Positions 60,863 to 64,000 of a stretch of DNA of 64,000 bases are shown one piece after another. The stretch comes from Rebecca billardiae RCC1528 (lineage: Eukaryota; Protista; Haptophyta). A program made the translations under genes and the position numbers. How positions within the stretch are numbered: position 1 is the stretch's first letter; each line of letters opens with the position of its first letter. The DNA lies in NCBI GenBank assembly GCA_965240325.2, contig OZ251232.1, forward strand, positions 744,001 through 808,000, given 5' to 3'. The notes under the pieces were generated by a model. The model was not told the DNA's origin and did no database searches. It saw only the letters and a program-made list of their open reading frames with translations.

Positions 60863-61444
60863 AGGTGCGAGTGACGCGCGGAGAAGATGCGCGCGGAGAC
60901 GATAGGCGCGGAGGACATAGGCGCAAGTAACGCGCGGAGGAGATAGGCGCAAGTAACGCGCGGAGAAGATAGGCGCAAGTAACGCGCGGAGAAGATATAG
61001 TAGGCGCAAGTAACGCGCGGAGACAGGCGCAAGTAACGCGCGGAGAAGATAGGCGCAAGTAAACGCGCGGAGAAGATATAGTAGGCGCAAGTAACGCGCG
61101 GAGACAGGCGCAAGTAACGCGCGGAGAAGATAGGCGCAAGTAACGCGCGGAGAAGATATAGTAGGCGCAAGTAACGCGCGGAGACAGGCGCAAGTAACGC
61201 GCGGAGAAGTAGATAGTATAGGCGCAAGTAACGCGCGGAGGAGGTATAGGCGCAAGTGACGCGCGGAGACAGGCGCAAGTAACGCGTGGGGAAGTAGATA
61301 TAGTAGGCGCAAGTAACGCGCGGAGAAGTAGATAGGCGCAAGTGACGCGCGGAGACAGGCGCAAGTAACGCGCGGAGAAGTAGATAGTAGGCGCAAGTAA
61401 CGCGCGGAGATGAGATAGGCGCAAGTGACGCGCGGAGAAGATAG
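60863..61444. repeat. Minisatellite: ~19 copies of AGGCGCAAGTAACGCGCGGAGA with 1-12 nt linkers
   Basis: Cores from 60920 to 61418; linkers C, AGAT, AGATATAGT, AGTAGATAGTAT. Confidence 0.95.
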
Positions 61445-61490
61445 GGTGCGCACACGATGATCGGCGCATGATGATCGGCGCGCGCGCGAG

Positions 61491-61570
61491 GGATAGACAG
61501 ATAGACAGATAGACAGATAGACAGATAGACAGATAGACAGATAGATAGACAGATAGATAGACAGATAGAC
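61491..61570. repeat. (GATAGACA)n / (GATA)n microsatellite
   Basis: Direct observation. Confidence 0.95.
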
Positions 61571-63605
61571 GCGCGAGTGAGCGACGGCGAGCTGTAGAGA
61601 AGGGTGAGTCGTGCGGCGGCGAGTGGCGGCGGCGTGCTTGCAGCGCGGCAGCGGCGTGCGGCGAGCGCGAACACGCGGAGCGCGCGCGGCTCCGCTGTTG
61701 CGCCCCGAGGGGCCCGCGCCGAAGAAGCGCGCTCGCTCGAGCGGGGGGCAGATCGAAGGTGATGAAGCGCGCGGTTCCGCTCAAGCGAAGTAGAAGGTGA
61801 TGAGCGACGAGTGTGCCCGACGGACGACAGCGCAACGACACCTCACGCGCCGCCCCGCCGGCCGCCCAACAGATGGCCGAGAACGGGACGCCGAAGTAGC
61901 ATGTGTGCGCTCACTGCCCGCGCCGCCGACATGCGCTCCAGCTCGGACGAAGGGCAGAAGGTGTTGTTGAGCGCGCCCCCGCGAGCGCGCAGCAGCTGGT
62001 GAGGAGCGTGTTGTTGAGTACGCCCCCGCGAGCGCGCAGCAGCTGGTGAGGAGCGTGGAGCGTGCCCGACACACGCCCGCTGGCGCCGCCCCGCCGTGCG
62101 CCCAGCCGCCGGACGCTGCCGATGGACGCAGAAGCAGCATGGATGCGCACGAGTCTCGTCCAGCGCCAAAATGCGCTCGCGCGCGAGCGAGGCAGACAGC
62201 GCCGAGCGCGCCCACGCTCGAGCGAAGCAGGTGGAGATGAGCGAGGAGCGCGCACGACGGACGGCAGCGCACCGGCACCTCACTTACCACCCCGATGTGC
62301 GTCCCCGATGTGCGCCCGGCCACCGGACGCCTCAGAAGGACACCCAGCACAAGCGTGGTCGCGCACGAGCGGATGAGAGAAGCAGAAGGCGCTGAGCGTT
62401 CCCCTCGAGTAAAGCAGTGGGCCATGAGGAGGAGGGAGCACGACGGACGGCAGTGCCCAGCACCTCGCGCTCCGCCTCGCAGTGCGCACGACCGTCGGAT
62501 GCCGCCGCAGAAGGACGCCGAAGCAGCATCGTGAGAGTTCGAGCGTGATGCACGCGCACCACGCCAGGGGGGGACAACGAGGAACGGGGAGCGAAGGAGG
62601 CGGAGGAGCGCCGCTGGCTGTCCGTGAGTGTGCCGGCGCCGCCGCGGCCTGCCGCCCGGGGGCCCCGGGCCCGGGCGGGGCCGCTGTGCTCAGGCGTCGG
62701 CCGGGGCAGGGTGCGCCGGGGGGCAGTCGCGGCGGAAGCGGTCGGCTGCACGACGTGGGCTGCCCTGACCGGCCCCGAAGGTGCGCCTGTCACGCCGAGG
62801 GTCGGCCCTCCTGCAGGTACGCTCACTTTCCGCTTGGTACCCGCGCCGCAAAGGCGAGCTGCTTCCGACTCACATCTCGTCACCGTGCGGTCACTCCGGC
62901 GATGCCGCTGCGAGCGCCGAGCCCGCGTCCGGCCAGGTATACGCCCACCTAGCGGGGAGGGGCACGGGCGGCGGCGGAGCAGCGACGCGGCAGTCATAAC
63001 GCGATAACCGCCGCGGACTGCCAAACCCACCACTCCCGTCGCGTCGGCCATCGCCCCGAAACTTTCGGCACTTTCCTTGGTCAGCCGACAGCGGGTACGA
63101 CCTCAAGCCGCCGCCGCCGGCCCCGGGCGACACTGATGAGAGTCGACACTGAGTCAAGCTGTGCGGCCCTGCGAACTATGAGAACAGTAGAATCCGAGCC
63201 GCAGTCAAGTACATCATGGACGCGAGTCCGATTCGCCGCTCGCGGCCTCTCACTCTCGTCAGCCACTCTGCGGACTCTGCAGCCGCACGGCGTCGTCAGG
63301 GCTGGCCGGCATGGGCGCATGGCACTGACAGCCGGTCACGGCGGCGGGAGATCCTCATCAGCCTGAAGACGTCGATTCGCGGTCCGGGAGGCGGGACTGC
63401 CGGCGCGCAGTCAGCCCAGCGCGGGCCGGCGCCGTGAGCACCGCGCCGCCAGTGGCTTCTGTACTGCCAGAGGCAGGGAAGATGCCGGTGGCCAGGAGTT
63501 CGCCGAGTCGCGGATGAGTAGGCTACTGCCAGTATCGTCAAGAAGTCGTGTGGGACGGTCGCAAGCCGTCCGGCCGTCCCGCGACCCGCCGGCGCGCGTC
63601 GCCGC

Positions 63606-64000
63606 TCACTCCGGCAGCTCGCAGGGATGCTCGTTCGTGAAGCTGCCGTTCAGTGATTGGGCCAGGCTGCACGCGGTCGACGCCCGCGGCGACAGGTCCG
63701 AGGTGCCGTCTTGCTGCGAGCCCGCGAACTCGTCGAGCCGCGGCGTCGCAGCGGTGGGCGTCCAGTTGCTCATCGGCGAGCGCGAATCGAGGTCCATGTC
63801 GTCTGACGTGCCGATGCTCCGGCTGCAGTTGCTGCTCAGCTTGCTGCTGCCGCGCATGCTGCTGCCGCCGGCCGCGCGCTTGCGCGCGCGCATCGCGCGC
63901 GTGAGTGCGCGGTCGAGCTTGGAGAGCTCATGGCCGATGCGCTGGCGGATGCGGGGCCACTCGGCCCACGCGCCCTGGTTGGAGGCCGTCGCCTCCGCCG
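63606..64000 (-). CDS. 3' end of a gene entering from beyond the window; helical segment plus Ser-rich tail
   Basis: Open frame from the window edge: AEATASNQGAWAEWPRIRQRIGHELSKLDRALTRAMRARK...EHPCELPE*. Confidence 0.6.
   Translation of the reverse strand, partial: AEATASNQGAWAEWPRIRQRIGHELSKLDRALTRAMRARKRAAGGSSMRGSSKLSSNCSRSIGTSDDMDLDSRSPMSNWTPTAATPRLDEFAGSQQDGTSDLSPRASTACSLAQSLNGSFTNEHPCELPE

Larger units (their letters stand above)
58726..63057. mobile_element. 4.3 kb non-coding composite unit bounded by 462-bp direct repeats (58726-59187 and 62596-63057)
   Basis: The two repeats appear identical at offset 3870; the interior is a set of nested tandem repeats with no credible protein. Confidence 0.7.

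Noticed and set aside
60863-61444. CRISPR-like array
   Set aside because: Linkers are 1-12 nt, low-complexity and reused; there are no unique spacers and no cas genes; the context is eukaryotic.
58675-62425. Long ORFs (630, 420, 445, 335 aa) in the repeat unit
   Set aside because: Translations of GC-rich tandem repeats that are open in several frames and show no domain features.
58726-63057. Canonical LTR retrotransposon
   Set aside because: No TG...CA termini, PBS/PPT, TSD or gag/pol similarity seen; kept only as an unclassified direct-repeat unit.
63880-64000. Hpt (histidine phosphotransfer) domain C-terminal helix
   Set aside because: The helical pattern is suggestive, but the diagnostic His motif would lie outside the window.

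Overview
Very GC-rich eukaryotic genomic DNA: GT-AG introns with GTGCGC donors, compact genes, and AT-richer intergenic DNA full of transposon remnants. The style suggests a microalga such as a haptophyte (inference). The window is dominated by one uninterrupted 29.1 kb ORF (12691-41820, 9709 aa) predicted to be a type-I membrane protein. It has a putative signal peptide, about 5500 aa of Ser-Pro3 extensin-like repeat, and about 2200 aa of a second SPP/SPPV repeat. It also has 11 copies of a ~100-aa SEA/ferredoxin-like module, a Cys-rich TM helix and a cytoplasmic tail. Nearby genes encode two Stf0-type sulfotransferases, two glycosyltransferases (GT31-like and a DxD type), a ricin-B lectin, a signal-peptide sHSP, a PAF-AH-like hydrolase, an ankyrin protein, two coiled-coil proteins and an RCC1 fragment. 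Intergenic DNA holds several TIR elements/MITEs, a 4.3 kb unit bounded by 462-bp direct repeats with an internal minisatellite, and repeat copies that have diverged mainly by tiny insertions. No rRNA, tRNA or CRISPR was recognised. All family calls come from motif recognition by eye; no searches were run.
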